Notes: a model not told the origin generated them from the sequence alone. Positions 1-12,084 are shown, counted from the first letter of the whole stretch. The stretch is DNA of 60,703 bases, filler included, from Barthelona sp. PAP020 (GCA_040182905.1; 5 parts of 5 records of this genome joined end to end with filler, not necessarily neighbours in it); one strand, 5' to 3'. Numbers and translations are program-made.

Positions 1-1
1 A

Positions 2-106
2 TTTATGGAAAAAATTTTGAATACCTCTGATACCAAAAAGGGTATTGTAGCCATTGTATTGTTTATTTTTACTTTGTTCCTTATATATAAAATGTTGATT
101 GGTTGA
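2..106 (+). CDS. 3' end of a tail-anchored membrane protein, possibly a Qc-type SNARE (truncated by window start)
   Basis: Manual translation FMEKILNTSDTKKGIVAIVLFIFTLFLIYKMLIG*: a hydrophobic helix immediately before TGA (104-106). Confidence 0.4.
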   Translation, partial: FMEKILNTSDTKKGIVAIVLFIFTLFLIYKMLIG

Positions 107-329
107 TTCTTGTTCTTTTTTATTCGTATTCTCTTATTAAAATGCTAATATAGTTCGGGTACATTCTGATTTATTGATTCTTATGATTATTGATGAAAAT
201 ACCTTTTTGTTTGTTTTTTGATTCTTTTTGTTGTTGAACCGGTTGCTATTGATTCCCTAAAGTTGAACATAAAAGGCAAAAAAAAACTTTTGAAAAGTGT
301 TTTTTTTCATTTTTTTAAATTTTACATCC

Positions 330-935
330 ATGATCGATTATTCTCATTTGACACAAATTCGACCAAGAACTCGAGATGAACGTACAAAAGTGTCCAACAA
401 AGAGCAGGTTGAAAAAGACCGACTTTCTAAAAGGGTTGGGAATTATTTTTCATATGAAGACCCAAGTAATATTTTAGGAACACTTCCAAATACAGCACCA
501 GGATATGCAAATGATTCTGAGCGTTTTTTTAGTGATTTTTCACAAGAACAAAAAAATGATAAAATTGAAAGACAAAAAAGAATGGAGAGAAATGTTGCTG
601 CCAGACAAATGATACGTAATGATTATGAAGAACGACAAATATCTCAAAGAGAAGATGAAATTAACCGATTTAACCAATCTTTAGAGAACAAAAGAGAAAT
701 GTTTGCTCAAAAACAATCTAAAGTGGCTTACGATGTTATTACGCATGAATATCACAATAATGATGAGGGAAAAAGATTAGCTTATGAGGATGAGAAACGA
801 AAGTATGAGACTCAAGTCAGGAGGAGGGAATTGTATGAAAGAGCTAATTCTTCTGTAAATCCAATTACCGGTGAACCTTTAGCTCAAGTTCAAGTGCCAA
901 ATAAACCAGAAAAACCAAATTGGCTCAATTTTTGA
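330..935 (+). CDS. Hypothetical charged helical protein (~201 aa) with C-terminal NPITGE motif, possibly cilia-associated
   Basis: ORF 297..935, first ATG at 330; R/E/Q-rich helix, YDVITHEY and VNPITGEP motifs. Confidence 0.6.
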   Translation: MIDYSHLTQIRPRTRDERTKVSNKEQVEKDRLSKRVGNYFSYEDPSNILGTLPNTAPGYANDSERFFSDFSQEQKNDKIERQKRMERNVAARQMIRNDYEERQISQREDEINRFNQSLENKREMFAQKQSKVAYDVITHEYHNNDEGKRLAYEDEKRKYETQVRRRELYERANSSVNPITGEPLAQVQVPNKPEKPNWLNF

Positions 936-1131
936 TTTCACTGTGTTGTACATGCTTTAAACTTCACATTTTATTTTTTTTTTTTTCTCAATAAACATTT
1001 CATTTATTTATATTTTTGTTTTTTTATTATAAATATATTTAACATTGACACCGATAAAATGATAAGACGTTGAATAAGAAAGTAACGTAAGCACTGATTT
1101 CCATTTTTTTATTTTTATTTTTCTGAGAGAT

Positions 1132-4100
1132 ATGCCGATTCCTTCAGTGAATTTTTCAGATATAAGCATAATACCTCATGAAGGAGACAGGTATTTTGAT
1201 TATTCAACGATGATTCAAGATATTTTGGTGCAATTTCCCTCAATTGGAAAAACCGAAAATATTACAGAGGAAATTAGTTTGGAAAATTTCTTTATTCTTG
1301 ATGAAAGCACGATGAAAAGCAAAAAAGCTAAGGATGAATCATTGAAAACACTTATTGATAATTTTAATGAGTTTTGGCAAAATGAATCACTTCAATCTGA
1401 GCTTTTACTTCGTGTTAAACAATTAAATTCTGTTGAAATTGGTCAAGCTACACTATACAGATTACAAAACATGGATACTGAATTTTCAAAAAAACTTGAC
1501 ATCAAGATTGAACCAGGTTGTATCAATGAGAATATTTCTGAAATGATTGAATCTGGTTTAGGATTTCTTTTGGCAGATTCATTGAATACTCAATTGATAT
1601 TAGTTGATAAATTTCCTGTGTCACTTGATAATGCTGTTCGCAATATATTGAGTATTTTGAATCAGATCAATGAGTTACCTCTTGATGATAGTGATGTTAT
1701 ATTTTTGCGTATTTTTGGCTCTTTTAGCAAATTTTTGTCAGATACTAACGTCAACAGTGTATGTAAGAAAGATTTGGTGATGTTGTTCTGTCGTTTAGCC
1801 ATTTTGACAAATAATCTATCTCTAAGATATGAGATTTGGACCACATTGAATAGTTTTGCTGAACAATCCAATGAACCTTTTATTCATGAAGAATTAGAAC
1901 TGAATGATGTGAAAATTCCGATCCCTTATGGATATTTGACGACTTTTGATCCTGTCATAATTGAAAGAAATTCAGAGAATAATGTTCTGATTAAAGTAAT
2001 CGGAAATTCAGAAAGTTACCGACTTTTGACACTTGAAGATGGAGACTATCATATTACCGACAGTATTGATTGTGAATCGACCAATATCAACGCTGTTCGT
2101 TCAAGGGTCATAGTTTTGGAAAAAGAAGAAATTGGAACCCTTTTCATGATGGGTGAAGAAGATATTCTTTGTCTTAGAAATGATGAATTTCAAAAATATA
2201 ACGTGGCAAATGAATGTTGGGAAAGTTTTAAAAATGAATTTGAAGTATGTTTGAAAGATGTTTTTAGTATCACATGTAATGGTGAGTTTGTTGTATTTAT
2301 TGATTTGAAATCGATATTTGTATGTGATATTAAGAGCAAAAAACTATTATTTACTGGAGAACATCATCGAATTTTAACAAAAAAAGATTGTAAATATGTT
2401 GAGGCATTTACCTGTGTTGGTTCTGGAATTTCATTATTTTGGAAAGATAATTTGACAACTGTTTGTTTGTTTGATTTCAAAGGAACAACTTTAATTTGTG
2501 ATACAAAAGATTTTTATCCATCACAACATCGTTATTTTGCTAGTTTGAATACAATAATATCTTCTGGAGATGATAGTATTGATTCAAAGTTTTTAATCAA
2601 TCATTTGAATAAAGTCACCACATACAACATGCAAAAGCAATATTCAACAATATTACTGGATGAATTTTATTCCATTATCTTAAAACCAAAACGTACTTTA
2701 CAAAATTTCATAAAATTCATGTTTTTTAGATATGTTTATGATAGTTCAATTCTATTTGGTTTTACTGTATCTATAATTCATGACATTGATTTTTATTGGA
2801 AATTATTAGTAGATTTAGAAAGATATGCTATCAATATTGAAAAATTTCAAATTGAATTTCTTTCATCTTTACTCATTTTACATTCTTTAATGAGTGATTT
2901 GCAAAATTCAAATCAATCTTTTTTGAATATTGGAATGAATATTGAAGATTCAACTCAATTTTTAAAACAATTATGTGAAATTTGTTTAAAAATAGGTAAT
3001 GAACAATCTAATCAAAATATTAATCAAATTTTTTTGATAATTAAGGAATTATGTATATCAGTTTTTTTGATTGTATTATTTTATATCAAAGAAGGTACTA
3101 ATTATGAAATAGAAGACACTTTAATCAAAAATTCTTTGAAAGTTATTTTTGATAAACAAAAAAAGAATGAATATATTGATTTAAAGATATTTGAAGCTTT
3201 AGGTAAAGTAGGAACAACCAAAATTGCTAATGTTTTCTTTCCTATTGATCATCTTGATAGTAAAAATGTTTATGAAATTTGTAAAAATTTTGTTTGTGAA
3301 TCTGAATCAAAAGATAAAGAAGAAGAAGAAGAAGAAGAAGAAAAAAAAGAAGAATTGAGTACGTTAAATAATTTATTTTCTTCTTTAGCATATTGTTTTG
3401 TTTTGCTAGAAAGAAATCAATTTAAAAAGGATGAATTTGAAAAGAATCAAATTCTATTAAGCAATATTTTTAATTCTACTATACATATTATAGAAATGAT
3501 AAACATTTATTTAGAAAAGGTCATTAAATTTGACTTTTTAAAATTATCTAAAAGTTTTATCAATAAAAATTTTCCTTTTTTACTACAACAAATTAATTCA
3601 ATCAATTTATTCTATTTAAATGATCTTAAAGATAAAATTGATATGAAAAAGTTTTCAAAAGTTTTATATGATTGTTTAATTCTACTAAATCAAGTAAAAT
3701 TTGACGATTTTACTGAATCCTATCCAGATATTAAAGATGGAATCCTTAAATCTGTTGATTGGGAAACACCTCATGAATATGAAAATGATATGGATGAAGA
3801 TTTTGAAGTTTCTGGATTATATACAAGTTTTGTAATAAATTTTGATTCTGAAAAATGTGCTACAGAACCTAATTATGACCATTTAATCATTTTTGTTGAT
3901 GATGAAGAAAAAGATAAATTAAGTGGTAGAAATGACTCTGATGTGTGGAAAAAAGAATATAGATATGAAGGACAACGTTTAAGATTAAAATGGCACACTG
4001 ATTCCAGTAATGTTGATTGGGGAATTAAGTTAAAGATCAACTGTTTAGGGGATTTGACGGTTATTTCCAAAATTCCTTGGATCATTGATGTAAAAAGAAT

Positions 4101-7100
4101 GATTTCTAGTTTGTTTGGTAAATTATTGGCAAATCAACTGATTGTTGGTAATGTTGAACAAGACGAGGGAATAATTCATAAATTCATAAATTCTCCTTTA
4201 TTAGTGAACGGTTTAATAAATCATGATGAATTAGCAATATCAAGTGATAATTCTAACATTGACAATAAACAAATGATTTGTCATGATCTATTTGAACATG
4301 TTGTAAAAATATATGATTATTACATATTGAATGATCCATCATTTGAAGTATTGATGGAATATGTTGATAGTAATATTCAAACTTTTGAAACTTTTAGAAT
4401 GTTGAAAAATTTGATTGAAATTATTGGAAAACCAAATGATTTGTATACTAAAGGAAAGAAACGTTGTATAATTGTTATTATTCAAATGTTTCATTTTGTA
4501 GATGCATTGTATCATTGTGTATTAGATAAATTAGTTTTTGCTGAAATAATTCATTATTTAAGAGATATGGATGAATTTGATATTGAATCATCTCATGTTT
4601 TTGAATGTATGTTAGCAATATTAAAGGATCTTACTTTGACTTTTAATAAAAATGTTGAAAGGTATCGTGAACGTTTAGAGAATCAACAAGAGATATTAAA
4701 TGGGGAAAGAATTACCAATAAAAAGATCTATAGTTATATCTTAGATGATGTTAAAGCAAAATCTGAGTTTTTGCTAAATACTGTTGTTTCACCATTTGAT
4801 TCAAATGAAATTAAAATATGTCCCCCATCACCTTCATTGAATGCAAAAAATTTAATCTCTTCTACTACTACTACTGCTACTACTACTTCTTCTTCTTCTT
4901 CTATTTCTACTCCTATTTCCAATGAAACCAAAGGTAAAATCAAAGATTTCACTAGATTTGATATGATGATTGATCGATTACGAAGTATAACTATATTGTT
5001 TTTCACTTTTGATATCACAATTGAAAAATTAAAGAATATGTTTGTGAATATCAACAATAATTATTTGAAATTATCAAATTCTTTGTTGATATTAGAAAAA
5101 ATCATTAAAAACCCTGAAATATTGACTGAAACAATGAGTAATATCATCATTGAATCCTTTTTATCAACAAAACCTATGCTAGATAAAGGTTCTAAAACAT
5201 TTTTAGATACTATCAATGAGTTCTATATCAAACCTGATGCTAGCATCATGCCAATATTTACTAATAAGTATTCAACTGAAGTATCAATGAAAGAATTTGA
5301 AAATTCATTAATGAATCTTGATTTCATTAAGATTGATGGAGGTTATACACCTCAACAAACTGTTCAATTGGAATTGTCTGAAACTCAAATTTATGATGGT
5401 ATTTTCTCCAGAATTTTACAATATTATTCTAAACCTTCTTCAATTGATAGCTTTCTATTGAGTTTATTGAAATTTTTCTTATTAAAACCTTCAAATAATG
5501 CTATTAGAACAATTATTCATTCAGACAAATATCAAATCTGTCTTGATAAATCTGTAGATGTTAAATATTCGGAATTGAAATTAAATGGTGCAATTATTGA
5601 TATTTTGGAATATTTCTCATTACAAGCAGCATCTTTAAAAGTGCTGAAACAAAGTAATGACATCTATATTAATAAACTCATTCTATTTGTTAGATATGTT
5701 TTGAATTGTAATCATAAATCTTTACTGTCTAAAGAAATGATCAAATTCATCGGAAATTATGAAAATCGAGCAGAATGGACAGTTCCTTTATTCTCAATGC
5801 CTTCACCTATTGTCATCCCAAAATTAGATGACAGAAAGAAGCATATCTTGCCATTGAAAAAACAACAACAAAATTCAACATCAGAAGAAATTGTGATTGA
5901 AAATCTCGAAATGCAGACCATAGAAACCATTGTAATTAATGCTGATGAACAAGAAACACAACTAATATTAAAAGATGTTGAATCAGATGTAGAAAATGAA
6001 GTTCCATTGCCAATTCCTCAATTGAATACCGAAACAAATGCAGAAGTAGAAATTCCTGAGTTAGATATTCCTATGTTAGAGTTACCTGATGATGTACCTG
6101 ATGAGGATGATTCAATCAAGATTACTCAGAGTTTTTCATTTGATGATGATACTAATGTTAAAGAGATTTCGGTGGAATTCGATAATGTTGATCAAGAATC
6201 TTCTCCTTTACGTATTGACAAAGTAATTTCAGCAGAAATAATGGATTTAGGTGTGGATGGTGATGTTTTACCAATTTATGAAAAGAATATTATTTCTATT
6301 CTGAACATGTTTTCTTATCAAAGTGAGCATGTAAATTTGAACGATTCTTTATATTTGATCAAATGTTGCGTTCCTTTATTGTATTTTGGAGTTCCAAGTG
6401 TACAAAAATTAGCTTTTGTTACAATTCGGAAGGAATTTAGACAATTGTGTGGTCAACAAGATGTGAAGTTTATTCAACAAAATATTGATGTTTTCAAACA
6501 GATTGTTGACTATCTACTGGATTATTCGACAGTGAGAAGCCTTTCTAAGCATGATTTAGAATTTGAAAATTCAAATGTACATCAAAGATACCTCAAATTG
6601 ATTAAAATGAAAGAGTTTTCTTTTGTTGGTTTCTATCGTGTGTGGTTTGACAATTTAAATACCTTTTCTGTTGATCTTTTAAGATTTTTAATTAATATTG
6701 AAGAAGAAGAATATTTGATCAAAGTCAATGAATATGATAGAATTATTCGTAGAAACAAAATCAGAGGAATTGATACTGTTGTCAGTAAACCGGTAAAGAA
6801 TGTTATAATGCACGAATTAATAATTGCAATTTTCCAAAATAAGATTAATAGTTTGAATAACAGATTAAAAGATGTTGTTCAAACAATAAACAATTTAATG
6901 AAGAAATTAGATGTTAATTCTGAGAATCTTCAGGAAGAAAAGCTCTTCCAATTGCTTGTTTCTTCGGAAATGTTGACGATATGTCAAATTATGGGTTTTG
7001 GTTATTTAGATTTACAAGTTGGAGATGTGATTATTGATCAAAAGAATATTGAACATTGTGTAGTATCAAACACTTTAGCAATGAAAAAGAATTATATGGT

Positions 7101-10100
7101 GAATTGTATAAGTGGTGATTCTAACAATATAAATGGGGATATTTTGATTAAACCTCATACTGTTGACGTGTTTGACATAAAATCATTTAAATTGGCTTCT
7201 AATATTCCAAAACTCTCTTGCAATGAATGGAAAAGTTTAAAGTTTGTTGAAACTTTGGAAGTATTATTAGAAAAAATTGTAGGAATTGACATTCCTTTAA
7301 CGATTAAAATTGAAGATGAAAAAAGAGAACGATTATTTTCACAAGCTTTTTATTTTTCGCTTTCTCGAATCTTTTTGCTTCGACATGCCACAGCAGAAGT
7401 ATTGTATAATGCTAGAGACCAATTAGATTTCAATATTAAGAGTCAAATCTATAAGATTATTCAAAATAATGATCTTTTGAATCCTATTCAAAATATTTAC
7501 CAATTAGCTGTACCTTTTGTTCCTAATGTATTTGATAATACTTTTGCACGTTTAGCACATTCAAGATTATCAATTTTGGAACATTTTTATGATTATCAAA
7601 ATAACCAAAATTCTGAACCTATTGTTGATGTGAATTCCATGTTAATTAATTTGGTTGATGGTTATCCAAAGAAAGATGATTTGGAATTGATTAATATGAC
7701 TCAAGATTTTTTAACTGATGATGTTTTAATTTGTTCATCATCACAAAATGTGTTTTCTCACTACTTTCATCAAAATATTATTGATTATGATTCATTTATG
7801 TTACGTTCATTCGATTTTGCACCTAAACAAAAAGTGTATGTCAGTAAAAAATTGGAACAATTGAATTTGAACGATATTTTCAGCAAGATTTTTGATATTA
7901 CTGATTTTAACAAGATTAAACCAGAATGTTTCAAAGGCATTGGATTGGCCAATTTTGTTTTAACCAACACTTTAGCATTTGATTCATTATTTGCTTTGAT
8001 ATTGGATACTTTAAGTGAATCTTTAACTGAGGCTAATAATGTTGTTGAAGAAGTGGAAAAATATGTCCAAACTCTTGATCAACTAATCAAAGCTAGCATT
8101 AATCGTTCTATTTATCTTTGTGTTGATGATGTTTCTTCAACAAAGGCTGAATTAGATGAGTTAATTCAAAAGTGTTTGAAATTTTCTCAAAACACCACAT
8201 TTTTTGATTGTTTCACTAAATGTTGTGAGGATTTCCTGGAGCATTCTCAAAAGGAAACATTAAAAATTGAAGAAACTAATCATCCTTATGATCATAACCT
8301 GGATCAGCGTAAAACAATAACTTTAGCTGATGGTGACTCAATTAGTATCACTTTTGATTCTAGATCTGCCACTGAAAATGGTGCTGATTATTTAGAAATT
8401 ACTTGTAATGGGGAAACAACTCGTCTAACAGGTGCAGCTGGATCAGATTGTTGGAAAAAAACATACCGTTTCCCCAGTAATACGATTGAAATGTATTTCC
8501 GTAGTGATTCTTCTGTAAATGATTTTGGATACATTATGTATATTTCATCATTTAATGTGGGAATACCATCGGTTGTTTCACAATACACAAATAGTTATTT
8601 GAAGAATTTGATTGAAAAATTTGGTGATGAGAAGTTTGATGTGACCAATATCAGTGAATTTGAACGAAATTTGTGGAAGCAGTATTTTGGTAAAATGTTT
8701 GGAATTATCTTAAAGGCATCACGCAGATATGATTGCATGCTGTGCAATTTCATTGAATGTTACCTTTTGTTGTTTGAAAGGGGTGTTTTATTATTTGATG
8801 TGAATGATAGTGATTTAGAAGTTGACGAATTGAGAAATATTCAACATGAAAAAATGAGTTCTCTACTTGACCAGTTTAAATATCTATCTTTGCTGAAAAA
8901 AACCGATTTCTTTGAAAACAAGGGAAAGAACGATTTGTTGAATATTTTTGCGAATAACATCCTGACAGATGGTTATGATATTTGTGAATTAATCAGTAAG
9001 ATAAGAAATACTAATGATGTTAGTAATTTAAATGAAATTGACTGGAAACCTTTGAAAGAATTTTTGTTCCCAAAATATTCAAAATCGTTATCTTTTGAAA
9101 CCCATCATAATTATCGAGATTCTTGGAGATATAAGTTGGTTGCTACTGTTAATTCACCTAATTTTTGTCAATTATTATTGTTCCATGATCCCAACAATTA
9201 TACAGAAGGATGTGATTGTTTGAAATTGTTTTGGAATGATGCCTCAATAAAACAATTCGATAAAAATTTCCCATTTTGTCATACTTTGAATGATGGAATC
9301 ATTACTCAAAATAATGAGGCCACCATCAAATTTGAAATGAATTCTGACAGTTCAACCAACTACTATGGTGTCAAATCTTTATTACAAGTTGTTCCTCATG
9401 TTTCTAATTCTGTTGAAGAGAATAATGATGAAGAAGAAATTAAAAATCCGATGTATACTGAAGAATCTTTTGAAAAAGCTAAGAACAGCATTATTATGTT
9501 AGTAAAAGACCCAAATATACTTGCTAAGATTAAAAAACTTCAAAAAAGCATTGAAAGTATTAGAGATGTTACAAATACTTTGGGTACTTATGGTGTGGAT
9601 CACAAAGTGAACGTCATGAAACGTCTTTATTTTTGTTTCAGTAACATCCGCTGTTGTTGTGAATCAGGTAACAACAGTGAAACTTTGATTGATTATTACA
9701 CTGCTATTACGAATGAACTTGACATTTCAATGATGTTGCAACAGTTGGCAGAAATTGGCCTTGACCTCGAAAGTGTACAATATTGTCTTGAAATAATTGA
9801 TTCTGTTACCCCAACCATATTAAAATTGTCTCAATGTTGTTTAGAATATAAAATCTCCCTTTATAAAAACTTCCTAGCAAAATATCAGGTTCTTAATGAC
9901 TTTTATGATGGAATGCAATTGTTCAAATCTCTTGTTTCTTCACTTAAATGTGAAAATGCTAAGCATGAAACCATTTCTTTGAAAAGACTTATTGGTCAAC
10001 CCTTATTCCCTCAAATTTATGGTTCTTCAGTATATGATTATCAAGACGATGATTTTAAACAAAAACCTAGGCTATTTAAGGTGAATTTGGTTGGTGAAAG

Positions 10101-11055
10101 CGCAATCGATGCTGGTGGACCTTTTTATGAGATTATTACCCAAATGTTTAATGAATTATTTGATGAGAAAAAAATGGACATGTTTATACCTTCACCTAAT
10201 CAATTAGCTAACCGTGGTATTGATCGTGACATGTTTGTACCCAATCCATCCTTTGTTGATGAAGGAATGTTCGTATTTTTGGGAAAATTATTGGCTTCAA
10301 TGATTATCAATTCAAATAGTGTCGGATTTCATCTCTCACAAGTGTTTTATCGCATTCTATTGGACCAAGAATTTGATATTAATTGTGTTAAACTTATTGA
10401 TGAAGCAAACTATGTATGGTTCACTCAATTGAATGAATGTAAGTTGTTAAATGGAGAATTATTAACAGCGGACAATTTTGATGCCTTTGTTCAGGATGCC
10501 ACAATGAGCGTTTTAGATATTAATGGCAATGTAGTTGAGTTTATTGTAAATGGGGCTAATATTCCTTTGACTTGGGAATTACGTGAACAATATGTGAATT
10601 TATTTATTGATAATTATTTTAAACCGTTCCGAGCACATATGGACTCAATTGCTAGAGGCTTGTTCTCAATTATTCCGAGAAATATGTTCTCAAATCTTAG
10701 AGAGTTTGAAATCCAAGAATTCATTTGTGGTAAACCAGATTTCGATGTTGATCTCCTCTTTAAGCATTCAAATAATGATTTGAGCACTCAACATACTGAA
10801 ATGTTAAAGTCAATTTTAAAAGATTTCACTCCATATCAAAGGTCTTGTTTCTTGAGATTCGTTACTGGAAGAAGCAGAATGCCTGGTAGTGGATATTTGA
10901 CTTTGACCTTCAATAGATTGGGGAATGGTGCAGTTCTTCCAACTGCGGCCACTTGTTCTTCAAAGTTTAATTTCCCAGAATACACTTCTATTGATGACGC
11001 TAGGAGATTCTTGACAGTGGCTATTGAGAATTGTATTTCAATTGAACTGGATTAA
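1132..11055 (+). CDS. Giant HECT E3 ubiquitin ligase (HERC2/HECTD-type C-terminus) with three CUB-like domains
   Basis: C-terminal FKVNLVGESAIDAGGP, FLRFVTGRSRMP, LPTAATC (catalytic Cys) and end CISIELD; three ET(P/N/H)HxY...(T/S)DSS(N/V/T)xxxG CUB-like units; 3307 aa uninterrupted. Confidence 0.92.
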   Translation: MPIPSVNFSDISIIPHEGDRYFDYSTMIQDILVQFPSIGKTENITEEISLENFFILDESTMKSKKAKDESLKTLIDNFNEFWQNESLQSELLLRVKQLNSVEIGQATLYRLQNMDTEFSKKLDIKIEPGCINENISEMIESGLGFLLADSLNTQLILVDKFPVSLDNAVRNILSILNQINELPLDDSDVIFLRIFGSFSKFLSDTNVNSVCKKDLVMLFCRLAILTNNLSLRYEIWTTLNSFAEQSNEPFIHEELELNDVKIPIPYGYLTTFDPVIIERNSENNVLIKVIGNSESYRLLTLEDGDYHITDSIDCESTNINAVRSRVIVLEKEEIGTLFMMGEEDILCLRNDEFQKYNVANECWESFKNEFEVCLKDVFSITCNGEFVVFIDLKSIFVCDIKSKKLLFTGEHHRILTKKDCKYVEAFTCVGSGISLFWKDNLTTVCLFDFKGTTLICDTKDFYPSQHRYFASLNTIISSGDDSIDSKFLINHLNKVTTYNMQKQYSTILLDEFYSIILKPKRTLQNFIKFMFFRYVYDSSILFGFTVSIIHDIDFYWKLLVDLERYAINIEKFQIEFLSSLLILHSLMSDLQNSNQSFLNIGMNIEDSTQFLKQLCEICLKIGNEQSNQNINQIFLIIKELCISVFLIVLFYIKEGTNYEIEDTLIKNSLKVIFDKQKKNEYIDLKIFEALGKVGTTKIANVFFPIDHLDSKNVYEICKNFVCESESKDKEEEEEEEEKKEELSTLNNLFSSLAYCFVLLERNQFKKDEFEKNQILLSNIFNSTIHIIEMINIYLEKVIKFDFLKLSKSFINKNFPFLLQQINSINLFYLNDLKDKIDMKKFSKVLYDCLILLNQVKFDDFTESYPDIKDGILKSVDWETPHEYENDMDEDFEVSGLYTSFVINFDSEKCATEPNYDHLIIFVDDEEKDKLSGRNDSDVWKKEYRYEGQRLRLKWHTDSSNVDWGIKLKINCLGDLTVISKIPWIIDVKRMISSLFGKLLANQLIVGNVEQDEGIIHKFINSPLLVNGLINHDELAISSDNSNIDNKQMICHDLFEHVVKIYDYYILNDPSFEVLMEYVDSNIQTFETFRMLKNLIEIIGKPNDLYTKGKKRCIIVIIQMFHFVDALYHCVLDKLVFAEIIHYLRDMDEFDIESSHVFECMLAILKDLTLTFNKNVERYRERLENQQEILNGERITNKKIYSYILDDVKAKSEFLLNTVVSPFDSNEIKICPPSPSLNAKNLISSTTTTATTTSSSSSISTPISNETKGKIKDFTRFDMMIDRLRSITILFFTFDITIEKLKNMFVNINNNYLKLSNSLLILEKIIKNPEILTETMSNIIIESFLSTKPMLDKGSKTFLDTINEFYIKPDASIMPIFTNKYSTEVSMKEFENSLMNLDFIKIDGGYTPQQTVQLELSETQIYDGIFSRILQYYSKPSSIDSFLLSLLKFFLLKPSNNAIRTIIHSDKYQICLDKSVDVKYSELKLNGAIIDILEYFSLQAASLKVLKQSNDIYINKLILFVRYVLNCNHKSLLSKEMIKFIGNYENRAEWTVPLFSMPSPIVIPKLDDRKKHILPLKKQQQNSTSEEIVIENLEMQTIETIVINADEQETQLILKDVESDVENEVPLPIPQLNTETNAEVEIPELDIPMLELPDDVPDEDDSIKITQSFSFDDDTNVKEISVEFDNVDQESSPLRIDKVISAEIMDLGVDGDVLPIYEKNIISILNMFSYQSEHVNLNDSLYLIKCCVPLLYFGVPSVQKLAFVTIRKEFRQLCGQQDVKFIQQNIDVFKQIVDYLLDYSTVRSLSKHDLEFENSNVHQRYLKLIKMKEFSFVGFYRVWFDNLNTFSVDLLRFLINIEEEEYLIKVNEYDRIIRRNKIRGIDTVVSKPVKNVIMHELIIAIFQNKINSLNNRLKDVVQTINNLMKKLDVNSENLQEEKLFQLLVSSEMLTICQIMGFGYLDLQVGDVIIDQKNIEHCVVSNTLAMKKNYMVNCISGDSNNINGDILIKPHTVDVFDIKSFKLASNIPKLSCNEWKSLKFVETLEVLLEKIVGIDIPLTIKIEDEKRERLFSQAFYFSLSRIFLLRHATAEVLYNARDQLDFNIKSQIYKIIQNNDLLNPIQNIYQLAVPFVPNVFDNTFARLAHSRLSILEHFYDYQNNQNSEPIVDVNSMLINLVDGYPKKDDLELINMTQDFLTDDVLICSSSQNVFSHYFHQNIIDYDSFMLRSFDFAPKQKVYVSKKLEQLNLNDIFSKIFDITDFNKIKPECFKGIGLANFVLTNTLAFDSLFALILDTLSESLTEANNVVEEVEKYVQTLDQLIKASINRSIYLCVDDVSSTKAELDELIQKCLKFSQNTTFFDCFTKCCEDFLEHSQKETLKIEETNHPYDHNLDQRKTITLADGDSISITFDSRSATENGADYLEITCNGETTRLTGAAGSDCWKKTYRFPSNTIEMYFRSDSSVNDFGYIMYISSFNVGIPSVVSQYTNSYLKNLIEKFGDEKFDVTNISEFERNLWKQYFGKMFGIILKASRRYDCMLCNFIECYLLLFERGVLLFDVNDSDLEVDELRNIQHEKMSSLLDQFKYLSLLKKTDFFENKGKNDLLNIFANNILTDGYDICELISKIRNTNDVSNLNEIDWKPLKEFLFPKYSKSLSFETHHNYRDSWRYKLVATVNSPNFCQLLLFHDPNNYTEGCDCLKLFWNDASIKQFDKNFPFCHTLNDGIITQNNEATIKFEMNSDSSTNYYGVKSLLQVVPHVSNSVEENNDEEEIKNPMYTEESFEKAKNSIIMLVKDPNILAKIKKLQKSIESIRDVTNTLGTYGVDHKVNVMKRLYFCFSNIRCCCESGNNSETLIDYYTAITNELDISMMLQQLAEIGLDLESVQYCLEIIDSVTPTILKLSQCCLEYKISLYKNFLAKYQVLNDFYDGMQLFKSLVSSLKCENAKHETISLKRLIGQPLFPQIYGSSVYDYQDDDFKQKPRLFKVNLVGESAIDAGGPFYEIITQMFNELFDEKKMDMFIPSPNQLANRGIDRDMFVPNPSFVDEGMFVFLGKLLASMIINSNSVGFHLSQVFYRILLDQEFDINCVKLIDEANYVWFTQLNECKLLNGELLTADNFDAFVQDATMSVLDINGNVVEFIVNGANIPLTWELREQYVNLFIDNYFKPFRAHMDSIARGLFSIIPRNMFSNLREFEIQEFICGKPDFDVDLLFKHSNNDLSTQHTEMLKSILKDFTPYQRSCFLRFVTGRSRMPGSGYLTLTFNRLGNGAVLPTAATCSSKFNFPEYTSIDDARRFLTVAIENCISIELD

Positions 11056-12004
11056 CTTTTCATTTGCTTTTCATTTTAAAATAAATGTGTTTATATGTTT
11101 TGTTTTTGTTAACTTGTAAAGATGATCCTTCATCACAAAATCAATGATAGATTTTCAGTAAATACACACTATGTGAAAAGTATTGCAAAGAGAAAGAAGA
11201 TTATCTAGTAAATAGTTTTCAATGTTGGTTTGTAATCCTTAAATCCCAATATCTAGTCAAAGGGAAGTCAAAGCCTTGGATTTTGTTCGAGAAAAGTTGG
11301 GGGAAGTTCATTTTTTGTTTAAGTTACATCAAATTGGTTAAATTATGAAACAAGTGTTTCGTTTTACACAGTAAAATTCTGAAAAGCCTCTTTTGGTGTC
11401 TTTCAACACCTGTTTTTCAATTTTTCTCTTTTTTTCTGATTGAACAAAAGAATCTTTTGCAAATTATTCAGAACATAAAAAGTTAAAAATAAATTGCTGC
11501 TGCTTTTATTTATTTCAGTTGATTTTGGTTTAAAACTTTCAATTTCAGAAACTATTATTATGAAAGAAGTTAAGGATTTAAAAAATGTTCTTGAATGAAG
11601 TAACAAGAAAAAAAAAAGGATATTGATGAGCGAATTAAGTGCACATTTTTCATTTTGAACAAACGTTTCGACTACAAATATGACAAAATAAATGAATACC
11701 ATAAGCAATTTGTAAAAACACAAAAGAACAATGATTATCCTCATTTATTACAACAACACGTAATTATCATCTTCTAACATCTTAAAAGTGTTGTTTGAAT
11801 AAGTTTCCAACACAATTGTCGATACAAATTCGAAAAAGTAAATCCATCAAACAATTAAGCATTGCATTGAAAGAAAAACCCACATTAATCTAATCAACTG
11901 TTTCATTTCATTTCGACATTTTCCGGTTCAAAATAATGGCTAAATGATTAGAAAAAGAAAGATCATCATTCAGTTATACACTTTAAATTTCTTTTTAATA
12001 CCCA

Positions 12005-12084
12005 ATGGTCTTTGAAAATAACACTACAGCAACTAAAAGAATAATTGAACCGAATGAACAACAAGATGACGCAATTTTTGTGAC
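12005..12084 (+). CDS. Possible 5' fragment of a gene truncated by the gap
   Basis: ATG at 12005, frame MVFENNTTATKRIIEPNEQQDDAIFV open to the contig end; no recognisable motif. Confidence 0.25.

Noticed and set aside
11403..11744. 113-aa minus-strand ORF and the many short antisense or overlapping ORFs in the track
   Set aside because: F/L/I/K-rich translations expected from AT-rich DNA or shadows of real genes; no motifs.
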